A program made the position numbers and the translations under genes. A DNA stretch of 64,000 bases from Peribolospora baueri (taxonomy: Eukaryota): NCBI GenBank assembly GCA_029717555.1, contig JAMDHS010000096.1:1-64000 (forward strand). Reading direction: 5' to 3'. The notes beneath the pieces were generated by a model. That model had not been told where the DNA came from, searched no databases, and saw only the letters and a list, made by a program, of their open reading frames with translations. Below are positions 39,070 through 51,816 of the stretch, in pieces. The first letter of the stretch is position 1. The number at the start of each line of letters is the position of its first letter.

Positions 39070-42000
39070 TCACAAGGAGAGGAGTTCAGAAGCCAGCAGC
39101 TGATTGTCCTCCTCAATCGAGTTCTGCGGGACACCACAGCGAAGGGTCAGCTTGTCCAAGAAGACAGGTGTGCACAGAAACAGTTCCGGACTGCAGAGCT
39201 TACCACCACATCCGTGTTCAGCTGCGGCTCTTCTCTGAACACCATACTGGCGTTATCCGCTGCATCTGCGGGTCTGACGCGATTGTAGGCCAGCCAGAAA
39301 ACACATTCATTCCCGTTCTCGCCGACGGTCTCCGTTAGCGCGGCCTTCTCGTCAATCTGTACCAAGGTGTGAACAGACTCTGCTCGTTAGCGAACGCCCA
39401 ACCTCATGAACAACCTCGGAGTGGACCCACCTTCTCCGCATTAGTATCTCTCAACAACCACCACGAGCCGTCGTCCTGCTTGACGTGCGCCCAGTAGTGC
39501 TCGCGCCCGTGCAGGCCGTTGTGCATCAGCACAGCACGCAGCTCGAAAGGTAGCTGCAGGAAAGGAGAAAATATATATGAGGTCGGGCCTCAGACATAGA
39601 CAACCTTGTCCGTCGACGTTATCTGGCGAACAGTGGACTAAGACTTTTGACCACTGCCCAGCCCGAGTGTCTACGAGCAAAACTCACAGTCTTCATTTCG
39701 GGTCTGTCATTCTGTCTGGCGTTTTCCTCTTTCGCCGCCTTCCTAGCCGCCTCTATGACTTGTCGAGTAGACTCGATACTCTCTTCAATGGCTGCAAGAC
39801 GTTCAAAAGTCCAACGGGATGACGCTGAGGTCCAGGGCAAATCGTCAGTGAAAACAGCTGGGAAATAGGAACCCACCTTTTACTTCAGCTTCCACGCGCT
39901 GTAAAGCTTGGCGCAATCGAGCCGAAGCTTCCTTCTGGTGAGCCATTCTCCGCTCTTTGGCCGTCATCGTCATCTCGTCATCACCAGGAAGGGAATCCGG
40001 GACGCAAGCGACCTCCTCATAGTAGTTGATCGCCGCACGCAAGGTGGTCAAGGCATCCTCTCCCTGAGAGCGCAATTAAATATTGAAGAACAAGGCCGTG
40101 AGCTAACGACTGACAAAGTGCGTTCTCATCCTCAGACGATGCTCACCTTGCTGTTGACCGTGAGCTTCCTTCTTCTCTCTTCCAGGTCCGCCAACTTGCT
40201 CTCTAACACCTCGTCTCCCTCATACCCGAATCCTCTACCCTCCCGTTTGCTCATCAAAAAGCGATCGATATATACGATAGGAGCGAGCTTGAATCGTACC
40301 GGTGACGAGCTATCTCCTTGAGGTCCTGAAGCATCCTTCGCTGTCTCAACTGCTTGTGTGTCCTCTTGTCGCACCTGGGTCTTAGCGTCTCGCCTCACCG
40401 ACTTCTGCCAGCCGTCCCACTTGACTCCAATGTGCAACGTCTCGCCCGCTTCGAGGAGCAGCGCCCGCTGCATCCTGAGGAGCTTTTCGATGCCAGAGTT
40501 GACGTCGTCATGCGTCGCGTCCGGCTCAATAATGAAGTGGGTGGTTGTCGACGATGTCGAATCCGCCATGTCTGACGTTAGATCGACACCGCTCGTTAAG
40601 AAGAGCTTGGCGCGAGGATCGACGGGGTTCATAGAAGATACCGGGGTGGGAAAAGCGTTAATGGCTGTCGTCCACTCTTGAGACCAATGCTGTAAAAGCT
40701 CTGTAAACACAATCGACGTGGTGCTTGACGTCAGAGTCATCATTTAAATACGGTCAATGTTACGACAACGCTCACGAGCTGTCACGTCCGCAGCACCAGA
40801 ACCAACGCTGATTGAGGTGAGGACTTGTCGTGGGACGCTCGTCGACGTGACGTCCTTGATAGTGACGTAAGCGCGTCGGCTTTGCAGCGCAAAGGTCAAT
40901 GCCGCCTGCAATCTGTGAACGACTGGAGAAGCAGGTGCCGTGCTTGAGCTGACAGCGAATGAATCCATTCTCGGAGAGATACATCGTCCCAAACGACAAA
41001 CGCACCTTCAACGGCACCTCTTGAGCCGCCGCTCAACGCCTCGGCCCATCTATGGCTCTGATTGCTAAAGGCCTCTGGACTCTTTCCCCTCCAATACCCT
41101 TCCCATGACTCTGTTCGCGGATCCCGCGGCTCAAATTTTAGTATACTCCGCCTGATCGAAGGCGACGCCGCGAAAGCTTGTAAAAGCATGGAAGCAATGG
41201 CAAGCTGGGCGAGCGGCGGTCGGAAGACGAGGGGAGCGCCTTTCTTTCGTTGGCGGTTCTCCGGATTGCCTAGAAGCTCCGCCTCGGCGTCTTTGTTCTC
41301 CTCCATCGTTTGAGAGGTCGCCATGGACTCTTCAACGGCGCGTGAGAGGGCTTCGTCCTCGGACATCCGGCTTTGCGGATCCCCCTATTTTTGAACAGGA
41401 AGGCATTTTAGTGACATGGGCGCTGGAGCTCGACCGTAATATGAAGGCGTGAGAGGTACTTCTTACTTACCGCCTTTACCATGCTCCACTCGCCCTTCTC
41501 ATCGGTTCGATAGCTGGGTCCAAACTGCACTCCGCCACCTGGTCCTCCTATATCGCTGTTTGGCGTGTTCCACCCGCTCCTTGTGCCCGGCTTCCACCCT
41601 TGTTGGCTCGAGACCTGGCTCATCTGCGCGGACTCGGCGAGGGCAAGCTGTAAATCTGCGTCTTCGGCATCCGAGTGGCCTCCCGTGTGGTGGACGGGGT
41701 TAGAAGCCGTCCCAGTTGTGTTTTCTGTTTCGAGTCCCAGGTAGAAAATGGTGTAATAGTCAGAATGCTTGTTCATGCAAATATCGCGCGTGCCGTCGGT
41801 TATTGTCGCCCGCCCGCCCAGCCATATGTCCGGGAGCTCGAGCAAATGGCGCTTACGGGGGTACGACGGCGGCTTCCAGTTCCCCCATTGCGAAGACGCT
41901 GGAACTTGTGACAAGTCCTCGGTGCTGATATTTGGCGTGCCCCGGCCTGCGTCAATGCCGGACATGGACATCCCCGGTGGTGCCTGGAACACGGCCAAAA

Positions 42001-42439
42001 ACAAAAGCGAGAACTTTGTTAGGCGATCGGCAGGGGTGAGGGCGAACCGCATACCTTGCGCACCGGTATGCTTGCATTTCCGCCATTCAGGACCCAATCG
42101 ATCGCGCGTTCGAGATTGTTGTCGTTTCGCTAGGTCGGCAAGTAGACAAGGGACAACGGAAAGACTATGTGAACATCGGAAACAATCTGTGCAGGCAGGC
42201 CAACGAGCAAGGAAATCCCATGCCATCCGCGGCACGACAAGTGGTTCTCGTCTGTAGATCGGACGATGGAAAGCCACCCACCTGTAAAGCTGTCCTCGCT
42301 ATGGCTTCGGATGTGCCGGTAAATTCGATGATGGAGCTGTCGTCAGCGTCGCAAAGAAATCAGCAATAAAAGTCGAGGTGAGCAGATGCAAAGGCCTTTG
42401 CGAGGGCTCGCGCTATACTTACTGGACCTGCTCCATCAT
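39070..42439 (-). CDS. UBA-UIM-UIM-USP-like protein (USP25/28-like architecture; Rup1-like pseudo-deubiquitinase)
   Basis: UBA: MMEQVHSIIEFTGTSEAIARTALQRNDNNLERAIDWVL. UIMs: EDADLQLALAES and EDEALSRAVEES. Cys-box region without Cys: NPENRQRKKGAPLVFRPPLAQLAIASMLLQAF. His box: FELRAVLMHNGLHGREHYWAHVK. C-terminal NSIEEDNQLL. Confidence 0.8.
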
Positions 42440-43359
42440 GTGCTCCCCAGAAGGGATCGTCGGCGTCGCTTGCGATTGGATACGATCATATAGACGCGAC
42501 GTGGGACGAATCCTGATATGATCGAAGGTCCGGGTAGCTGCGGCAGGTGCACGCAAGCGATCGGCGAACTTGTACTGCCACTTGCTGAAGTGGCTGATGG
42601 ATTATATTCTATGAAGGAGGGCCGTAGGAAGACTAGACGCCACGTCATGTTGTGATGTCGGCGGTTGAACAGATGAGGGCAGTCAGATACAGCGGGGAGA
42701 TGAGGAGTCGACGATCCGGGAGGTCGACGGTCTTGTCCTCTGCGGCGGCTCTGGAGGACGGGATCGAGGCGGACGGGGCAGGCTGAGATCAGCGAGAGAT
42801 TGAGCGAAGGTAAACGAGCCTGTCAAGGACCTCGTAGAAGGGGGAAGGATGAGGATGGGGATTGATGGGAGGCAGGAAAGGAGGCTTGGTGGACGTGGAG
42901 CAGGCAGAAATTGTTTGCCGCAAACATGGACCCTCAGATTACGCTCGCCACTTAGCTCAGGATCGTGGAAATGGTAGGGTTCTATGTTTCTTTCAACGCG
43001 AAGCTACAAGGCGAACGGAAATATAAGCGAGCGAATGGTTGGGGAGGGGCCGCAACGAGGGTCTGGAGCCGGGGCACTGCGTGAGCCGAAGCTACCTTGA
43101 CGAAACCCAGTCGAGCCGGTTCTAAGAATAGACAACAAAACAGACACGGCAGCACAGGAGGAGGGAGAAGAAACGAACGACATATCCGAAGCAATCGTGG
43201 CTACGCCTGCTCCGAGATTGGCGATTACGTGTATCCTGCGTACCAAGCCCGTCCTCGAGCGGCAGGGGTATAGATGTGGCGCTCAGCACGGCCGAGCCTC
43301 GTCTCTCTATCTTGACGGCAGATTTGGCTTGGGCCGCGGGTGCTCGCCGGACCCTTACA

Positions 43360-45445
43360 TCATTCGGCGCGGTCGTGCCCGTGTTGGCTGCCGCCGTGTC
43401 GCCACTTGACCTCGGTGGGAAGAACTTCTTCGTCGTCGGAGACGGCAAAGTACCGCGTCTGTCCGGGCTGGACGCCGATGGCGCCATCTCCGTCCGAAAC
43501 GTTCGGCTTGCGCGAGATCGCGTAGGCGCGCACGGTGCTGTGCTCGATGACCACCATCGCCGCGACTGGAAGGGCCATGGATGAACGCGGCTCGGAACCG
43601 GGGGTGGATAGGGGTCTGCTTGGTGTGCTCGCCCCAGACCCTGCTGGGGACGACCTGCCGGAGAGAGCGCGTCGGTGAACGTTCTCCACGGCTTCAAATG
43701 TCTTGTTGATCGCCAGATCGCGCACCGTTTCCACGGACGGCTGCTCCATTGGAGAGCCGCCATTTGAAGCGGAGGGAAGAAGAGAACGTAGCGGTAGGGA
43801 GGGGAGGTCGATTTGGCGACTGTGTACGGTTAGGAGCGAAGGAAAAAAGGGGCAATTAATTAGCGCTAGCCTTTCAAGATGACAGCTGGTTGGTGTTGTC
43901 AAAGACTGCACTCACTGCTTTATCTTCACGACATACGCCAACTCGGCATTGCCGCTGCCTTCGCAAGTCGTGCACTTGATCTCTCCCGAGTTGTTGCATT
44001 TCCGGCATTGGTAGGTGCCCTTGGCGTTGCAGCTGTCGCACTTCTTGCCCTTTCGCTTGCCCGAGCCGGAGCACCAGAAGCACTCGTCAGCTGGCATACT
44101 TGAGCAAAGGCAGGTGGTGGTGCCCACAGCGGAACAATCTGAGTGGGTTGGCAGCAAAAGGAAGGGCAGAACGTGAGTGGGTTGAGTGAAGGCATCCAGA
44201 GAAAGACTATAGGAAAGGGGGGAGACGCACCGGGACAGTGGCTCATGACTCTGAAATCCGCCAACTCGTGCATCTTCACGCTCTCACCCCTCTTCATTCC
44301 ATCTTTACTGAAGAATCCCGTCTGCTCAGGCGTGACCGGCAAGAGCCAAGGTGATGGCATCTCGGGCTTCGCGACGAGCGGAACGTCGTCTTTGGCTTTA
44401 CCAACAGGCATCCACTCTCCACACCGGCTCTCCACCACCACCACAGCGTGCACAGTCTTCTTCACCTTGACGTCCATGAGCTCGCACTGGAGCGTGCGGA
44501 ACGCCTTCCGTCGAAGTTCTTGTGCCGATGCCTTCTTCGGGATCATCGTCGGCTGGTACTCGGGGCCTAGCACGCCGCGGTTCTCGTTGGAGCCGGGAGC
44601 GGTGTGAGAGGGAGGTTCGAGGAGGGAGGGCACGGCCCAGAGGAGGCGAAGAAAGGCATCTGACGTAGACGGATCGAGATTATGCCTGCGGTGCAAGAAC
44701 CGATGTAGACAAAAGCGATCGGTAGGTGAGTAAAGGCAGTCATTGGGTGCCTACGAAACAAATGGAAATGAGAGGCAACACACCTGGTCGTTTCCTTAAA
44801 CTGAATGTCCTCCTTTCTCAACCTGGGGAACAACCCCTCAATGGTGGGCGTGTGGACGCCAGGACGCACAGCGGACGGCGAAGGAACGGAAGGCAAAAGG
44901 CAGCCGCTGGAAGGAGTCCTGCTTCCTCCAGCATGTGCGGCACTCGCGCTTCCGCTCTTCCCCAGCCCGAGCAACGAAGCCCGACGCTGCTCCCACGCGG
45001 ACTGAATGCCCATGTTACCCACCGCACGGACCAGCTTGTCGAGTTCGTCACGATGGCTCTCCGCGCGATCCCACCGCGTGGTCGAGTGAGGGATCGGAGG
45101 CAGTTGGCCCACCTCATCGCTCGAGCTCGGTGATGTCCTGTTGTCATCGTCCTGAATCGCAGAGATAGAGGGCACGCAAATCCCAGGGTCCCGGATGTCC
45201 GTAAACATCGAATCACTCAAGCCCATGTGAGGTAGCTTGGGTAAGTTGGCCGGGTCGTAGGAACGGGGGCAGGAGGGTTGCGCAGGCGTAAGCACGCCAT
45301 CCTCATAGCTCTCGGAGCTGCTCGACGAATCGGATTCGCAATTCGCCACCAGCATCTCCGGCAAGCCGCTCGAGCTGCCGCTCTTGCCACCGTCGGCAAT
45401 GGGCGAAGTCGAGGCCAACGAATCATCCCTGGTTTGCTGCGTCAT
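43360..45445 (-). CDS. SSUH2-like protein with CxxCxGxG zinc-finger repeats
   Basis: VVESRCGEW...PSPWLLPV followed by CPDC, CFWCSGSG, CDSCNAKG, CRKCNNSG and CTTCEGSG. There is no J-domain HPD motif, and the N-terminus is Ser-rich and disordered. Confidence 0.7.
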
Positions 45446-47173
45446 ATCTGATGGACGAGGATGGAAGAGCACCGTGTTCGGTCAGGCATGTCCATTTCTT
45501 GTATACTTAGACGACTATCGACCAGTATAACACTCACTCTAATTCCAATACCCTGGAGCCAAAATCGCTGGAAAGAGGACTGAATGTTTCGCGGGCGAGG
45601 TCGAAGGCGTGGGTTTGCAGCAAGCGGTCAGCGATTGAGATTGGGTCTTTTGAATGCGTAGACTCCGTAACGACGTTGCCGTGCTCGGAACGATACGCCA
45701 AGGTGGAGCCGGTCGATTAGGAGACGAGGACAAGAAAGTGAAATGGAACGGGAGTCCGTACGTTCAGATGGCGGTGTGCGAGATTGATAGTAAGGAACTA
45801 AAGAGAGTAGAGGGCGAGATTTAAGGCCACGAAAATTAGACCTTATCAGTCAGCTGTGTGTGTCGAGAAGGTGATGGTCGAAAAGAAGGTGGGGTGGTGG
45901 CCAGCAGGGCAGAATACGGAAAGACAGGCAAGGCTAGTGGATCTGCCGGGCGTTTATCCTGCCCTCATCTCATCATCACCGGCCGAGGCAGCCGTCAGCA
46001 GATAAGTTCGCGCATGACACGGATACAAGACGAGCGGGCCTGTTCATGGCCTAAGATCGCGGGAAAAAATGTTAGACAAGGTGTAAGGAGGGGAAAAAAG
46101 GAGGACAGTACGGGGTGGAGCAGCGTCCGCTATCAGCTTGAGCCTTCCCAAGCGGCTCCTTGCGCTTGCGACAGTATTTCCGAAGGAGGGAGGTGAGCCC
46201 GGGGAAGATGACGCGAATTGGTGACATGACACGGATCGATAGCGGGAGTGCCTCGAAGTCGCGACGGCGGCATGTCTCAATGCGACGGTAGTCCTGGTCG
46301 TGTATGGTAGCGCTTCACGGGCGTCGAGCGACCCGTCGACAGCTTATGGTATCGACGGTTGATGGTGTCCGGACGCAAGTTTCGCACTAACCGGCCGCAC
46401 CCGATTCACCCAGCCCTGACCCGGAAATCGCGCTTGGGTAAGTACTTGGGTAAGACCCAGATCAGCGGTCCTCGCATCCTCGACTTCCTTGCTTCCGCTC
46501 CACTACCCACTCTAGCTGTTGGATGGAAGCTTGTCGTCGGCACCCCAGATGGAAGCTTGTTCTCGGCCCCTCGGGCCACCAGGTCCACATCGGCCCTGCG
46601 CGCCACACACACCAGTTTGGCACAGAGTTCGTTTGCCAAGGGAGTGTCGAGGATATGGCCTGCTGACCGAGCCTCCATAGCATTCAGCGCCGTATCTATG
46701 CAGACGAGATACCGAGCTCTCCCTACCGTCGACCCTTCTCATCGACCCTTCTCATTGCGACCATCCCCTCCCAATCTCGTCTCGCAGGATCGTTGAACGA
46801 GACCGAGCGCCACCTCGCATTCGGACAGCTTATCTTCATCTATCGACGTGCTCGGGGGTGGCGTGTGGAGCAGACAGACGGACGGATTCCCACGCAGCCC
46901 ACTACCTTCGCTCTCTGGCTCTGCATTCGAGGTCACAAGCCTACAATCGACGAAGCCCCGACCCATGCAATAGGGGTCGTCGAAGAGCCCAGCTGAGGAC
47001 AGCAGCGTCTAGTGTATCCTTTTATCTCTTTCTCTGTCTCCCCCGTCGCTGCTGGGCAGTTGTTCGGCCTTCTCGACCTTGACGACCCACCGGCGCACGC
47101 ACTGCTCAAGATCACGGGCACGCCTTTCGTTCACATCCTTGCACGCACGTTCCTTCCCACTACGACGATCACC

Positions 47174-49741
47174 ATGCCCCAGCGCCAGAATCAGAGTACG
47201 CGGCAGCCCTCGCCCGACGACGCAACGACGCTCAATCCCTTACAGTCGAGCGACGAAGCTCTCCCGCCGTGGCGAGAGAAGAACTACCTCGCCGCTTTCG
47301 AGGAGAATGACCCGGAGGCTTATGGGGCTGAGGAGCAGCAGCAAGTGAAGAGTAAGCGGTGGCCTCCTTTTTGGATGACCAAAAGGGTTGTGGTGGGTCT
47401 TGCGCTCCTCTTGTCCCTCCGCTGCCTTCGCTCGTCTCCCGCTCTGCATTCGTCACCCCGGTCTTGGCCTTTAAAAACGTTGAAGGCAGATGAAGGGCTT
47501 TGCCGTGCAGACGAATAGCGCAAGCGAGCGCCTTCCTCATCCCGTCTGACAGTAATCCACCTTTTCGTACCCATCACCAAACAGGTCGCTGTACTTGTCG
47601 CTCTGGTAGTGTGCGCGCTCGTGAGTAGAGGCGTTGTCATTATCAATACCCTCTCCCGTGCCCGTATACCTTTTCTCAGCCTTCCTTCCATTTGAGAACG
47701 CTGGTTGACGCGCTCGCCGATGTCGCGCTTCTCCTTCTCTCTTCATCGCTCGGCTCGATACCAAGGCTCTTTTCCTTGGCCTGTATCTCGGTCTCCGTCG
47801 TGACGTCGACAGTACTCCGGGTCAGCCCGAGGCCAATGTTGCCTTCCCCATCGGGCCCGACGGAACGCCAGACGACCTGTCCCTGACAGGCTCCTACACA
47901 ACCGCGTACGACCAGAGCGTGCTGTTCGAATGGACTCTGAACTCGTTCGACTTTGGTCCTCAAGGCCGCGATCAGGTCGACATTCTCATCAACGACACGG
48001 TCCTCCAACCCATCGACGGCTTCGGCTTGGCCATAACCGATTCGTCTTCCTACCTCATGCGCCTCCTTGGTGCAAGTAACAAAACTCTGTATGACCAAAT
48101 GCTCAACGTCCTTTTTAACAACCGCACCGGCTCGACCGCCGTGCGCGTGCCGATAGGATCGAGCGATTTCTCCCTCGATCCATACACCTACGACGACGCA
48201 ACGGGCGATACGAACCTGGCAAGTTTCTCTATTGACAGGGACCAGCAGAACATCATCCCTGTTCTTCGGGACGCGCTAAACGTCAACCCAAACATCAAGT
48301 TCCTCTTCTCCCCTTGGAGCCCGCCTGCGTGGATGAAGACGTCTGCTTCGTTGAACGGTGGCAACCTCACCGCAGGAATGGATGGCGTGCTCGCACAGTA
48401 TTACGCAAAAGCGTTGGCTGCGTACGCTGCCCAGGGTATCACACCTTGGTGAGTTGACCGACAACGTTTGCGCCGAGCAGCTTCGCTCATCCGGTCTCTT
48501 TCTTATCTCTCACTTTTCAAGGGCAATCACTCCGCAGAACGAGCCTCTAAACGATGCGCCTTACCCCTCTATGTACATGTCTTCCTACGATCAAGCACAG
48601 CTCGCCAGCAACCTGCGCACGCAACTAGCGGCAGCGAACCTGTCGTTGGTGAAGATCCTCGGACATGACGACAACGCCAACAACTGGGGTAACGCGGTGG
48701 CCATGTTGAATATCAACGCCAGCGCTTTCGATGGTGCCGCGTTCCACTGCTACAACGGCAGTGCTGACCAGGTCGCCATGTATCTCAATGAAACCAAGCG
48801 TTACAATAAGGAACTTCACTTCACCGAATGCACGGGCGTGAAAAACGGGAAGCAGAATTGGTGAGTCGTATGTGACGTATTCTTCGATCAGCCGTCAGCC
48901 GCCAATGACGAGGAGGAGCCGAGCCTGACGGCGTTCCTTTCCATCTCCTATCGATTGGTGCTTTTGCAGGTGGAACAACGTCCAATGGTGGATGGACAAC
49001 GTGTAAGTACAAATATCCCGCGCAAAGCTACCATGTCTCCCGTTGCCTTGCGGAGTCCTGACGTCGCACTATCGCCTTGCTCTGTCGTCCCGCCCGCGCA
49101 CAGCATGCTTCCGATGATCAACATGGGCTCAAGGACCGTTTTCGCCTGGAACGCCGCTCTGAACTCGGGTTCAGGCCCTCATCTGCTTAACGCAATCTGC
49201 GAGGATTGCCGCGGCGCCCTTAGCTTGACTGGCCCCGGTTGTGAGCATTGTTACCGCCGATCGTCCATTCGACCGGGTATTCTCCCGCTAGATCATGCTC
49301 ATCGTTTGTGTTCCCTTCGACAAATTGCTCTTCCCCCGGGTTACAGACATTCTTAACCCGGAGATCGAGTTCAACGAAGAGTTCTATCTCGTATCTCACT
49401 ATGCAGCCGCAACGACCTCCATGACGACCCCCTTTCCGAACGGCGGCCAGCCGGCCACGTTGCTCGGTGCGACGTTGCCGTCTGGCCAAGCGAACGCATG
49501 CTTGGACGCTCAAGCCTTCGGCGCCGAGACGGGCATGAAAGGCCAGACGCGCATGGGACTCGTGGCGATGAACCGGTGCAACAGTCCCTTGCGGGCGACG
49601 ATCCGACACCGCAACTCGGACGCCACTTACTCTTTCCCCACAGGTCTCACCACGCTAGTGTGGATGACGCTCGATCAAACCGTCTCGCTTGGCAACGGCA
49701 CCGCTTCGGCGAACAACATGAGCGCTCTCAGAGAAGGCTAG
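47174..49741 (+). CDS. Glycoside hydrolase family 30 (endo-beta-1,6-glucanase-like) with a type II membrane anchor
   Basis: QPIDGFGLAITDSS, VRVPIGSSDFS, SPWSPPAWMKT, ITPQNEPL (acid/base), AFHCY and HFTECTG (nucleophile). A spliced TM RVV-VAVLVALVVCAL-ALFLGLYLGL follows a roughly 70-aa cytosolic N-terminus. Confidence 0.92.
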
Positions 49742-50177
49742 GGAGAGCCAGATCTTGGACCCATGCAGGGGTAGATGCTGAGCAACGCGCCCCGTCGGCG
49801 CCCTCACGTGGAATCTGTTCGTTGTCTCATAGAATTGGGTGCTCTCGGTCTTCTATCTTCCCGCTTTGTTCTTCTCCTCCCACGACATGACTGGGCCATG
49901 CCATTCCTGTGTTGTGTGCATGATATGTAACGATGCTGCACGATCAATGCCATTTCGACTTCTTTTGGTGGACTCGCTGGCAAGCTAGGCGTCCGGTCTG
50001 AGTGAATACGGTGTGTTGGATGCAAGTCGTCACTGTTGTACAAGGGCCGGTTAATCTTCTGATCGACGAGAATGATGTTGGTTTTAGTCCATAACTGATT
50101 CCACCCCTCCCAAGCCCGTCCCTACTTCCACCTTCGCATCGCCGACTCGTGCTGCCCCGTTCGACTCTCCAAATTCT

Positions 50178-50952
50178 TCACTTCTGCGAAGGCTGGTACG
50201 TGCTGAGGTCGACGCGAGAGAGGTATCCTTGCTGGAGGAGAGTCATGACGTTCATCGAGCTCAGGTACTGCGTCCCCTGGCCCGGCTGGCCGAACCAGGG
50301 AGCGATGGGACCGGAGAGAACATCAAAGTTCTTCTCGACCTGGTAGACATGATAGTTGTAAGGGAACGAAGGGTCGGAAGCGGGCGTGTCCAGGCTCTGG
50401 GGGGGCAAGGCACGCTGAGTGTAAGGCGTGTCGGCGCTGGCGAAGAAGGCGCCGTATTCAGAGCCGAAGCGATCAATCTTCTGCCCCTTGACAAGCGTCT
50501 GGTTGCCGTCGATTGGCGAGCCAGCGGAGCTGAGCTGGAAGCCTGAGTCCGGAGGGTAGATCCATGAGCTTGACGTAGAATTCCACCACTTGGCGATGAA
50601 CTCGGTCGGACAAAGCCCACCGAAACGGTGGTAAGTCTGGTTGGACACGACCGCAACGAGAGGGAGCTTGGTGGGCAGCTTCTTCGGGCCGAGGCGAGGG
50701 TCGCCGCAAACGTATTTGCCGTCCGAATAGGGAATGCCGCTGCAGAAACCAGAACCGCACCGCTGAGCGACCCGAGCCTCGACCCGTTGCTGTGATGAAA
50801 ATTCCATGCCGGCAAACAACAAGCACGTTGAGCTGGGAAAGCGAAGTCCTGCTCCCTCCGTCCGGTCAACTCACTTCGGCTGCCAGCGGTGAGCCGCGGA
50901 CAACTGCGACAGCTGAAGCCGCCAGAAAGAGAAGAGGAGAAGCGAGATGCAT
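50178..50952 (-). CDS. Secreted TNT-domain (DUF4237) NAD(P)+ glycohydrolase
   Basis: Signal-peptide exon MHLASPLLFLAASAVAVVRG, one intron, then YVCGDPRLGP, YHRFGGLCP, WIYPPDSGF, IDRFGSEYGAF, YTQRALPP, YNYHVYQV and GPIAPWFGQPGQGTQY, the signature of fungal surface NADases. Confidence 0.93.
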
Positions 50953-51816
50953 ATTTCGTGTGCTGAGGTGGACGGTAAGTATGCAGAGGCCTTTTAGTCG
51001 AGTCGGATGAAAGAGTGGAGGTCCAAAGGTGGGCCTTTATTTTATTCGCCAGCTAACATGATGACCGAGAAATCGCTGGGGAGCAACACCAGCATGCCCG
51101 GAGCTTCCACGGGCTAGAAACCGTACAGCACATGCCTCGAACGAGTTTAGCTGAGGCTCGTTCCGAGAAGGAGCTGCTTGCGTAGGTCCAGATGTCCGCA
51201 CGGACCGACACGTATCCGTTGGAGCGCGTCCTGCATTCCTCAACCGCAATAGTCCCATCTTAGGGCTGTGAGACTCTGCCGCCGACGCTGATGCTGCGAG
51301 GTTCTGTCGCATCTGTTATTGAGCACGACGTGTGAGCACAAGTCCTCGACGGAGGCGTGCAGTCGCTGCACCCCTTGGCTGGACTCGTGCTGAATGGAGG
51401 AGTGCTCGATGAGATTGGCCAACGACGCGCTCTGTCATTGGCCTTCGTCTTTTCCATGCTGCGGCGTCCTTGATGAGGAACTTTTTCTCTCCTGTACTTG
51501 GACGCATCCTTGCTTGGACACCCTTGCATAGCAGGAACGGAGCTCGAAGAGCTAGGGGCGAGGGACCGCTTGAGAAATGGAGCTTGCCTAAGGCTACCCG
51601 GTGCCTCCTTTCCCTTAGGAGAAGACGCGGCTCCGGACGCCCAGCCCCCAAAGACTGAGAAACGCTCAAAGCGTACCGCTTTCACAGAATCTATTCGCAA
51701 CCAGAATGGCCGACCAGCAGCATCCGTGACAGACGGAGAGAGAGTAGAAAACAGAGGTGAAGCTGGAAACAAGGCCTACGGTATCTTCCGCTACAGAAAG
51801 AAAGAAAAAAAATACA

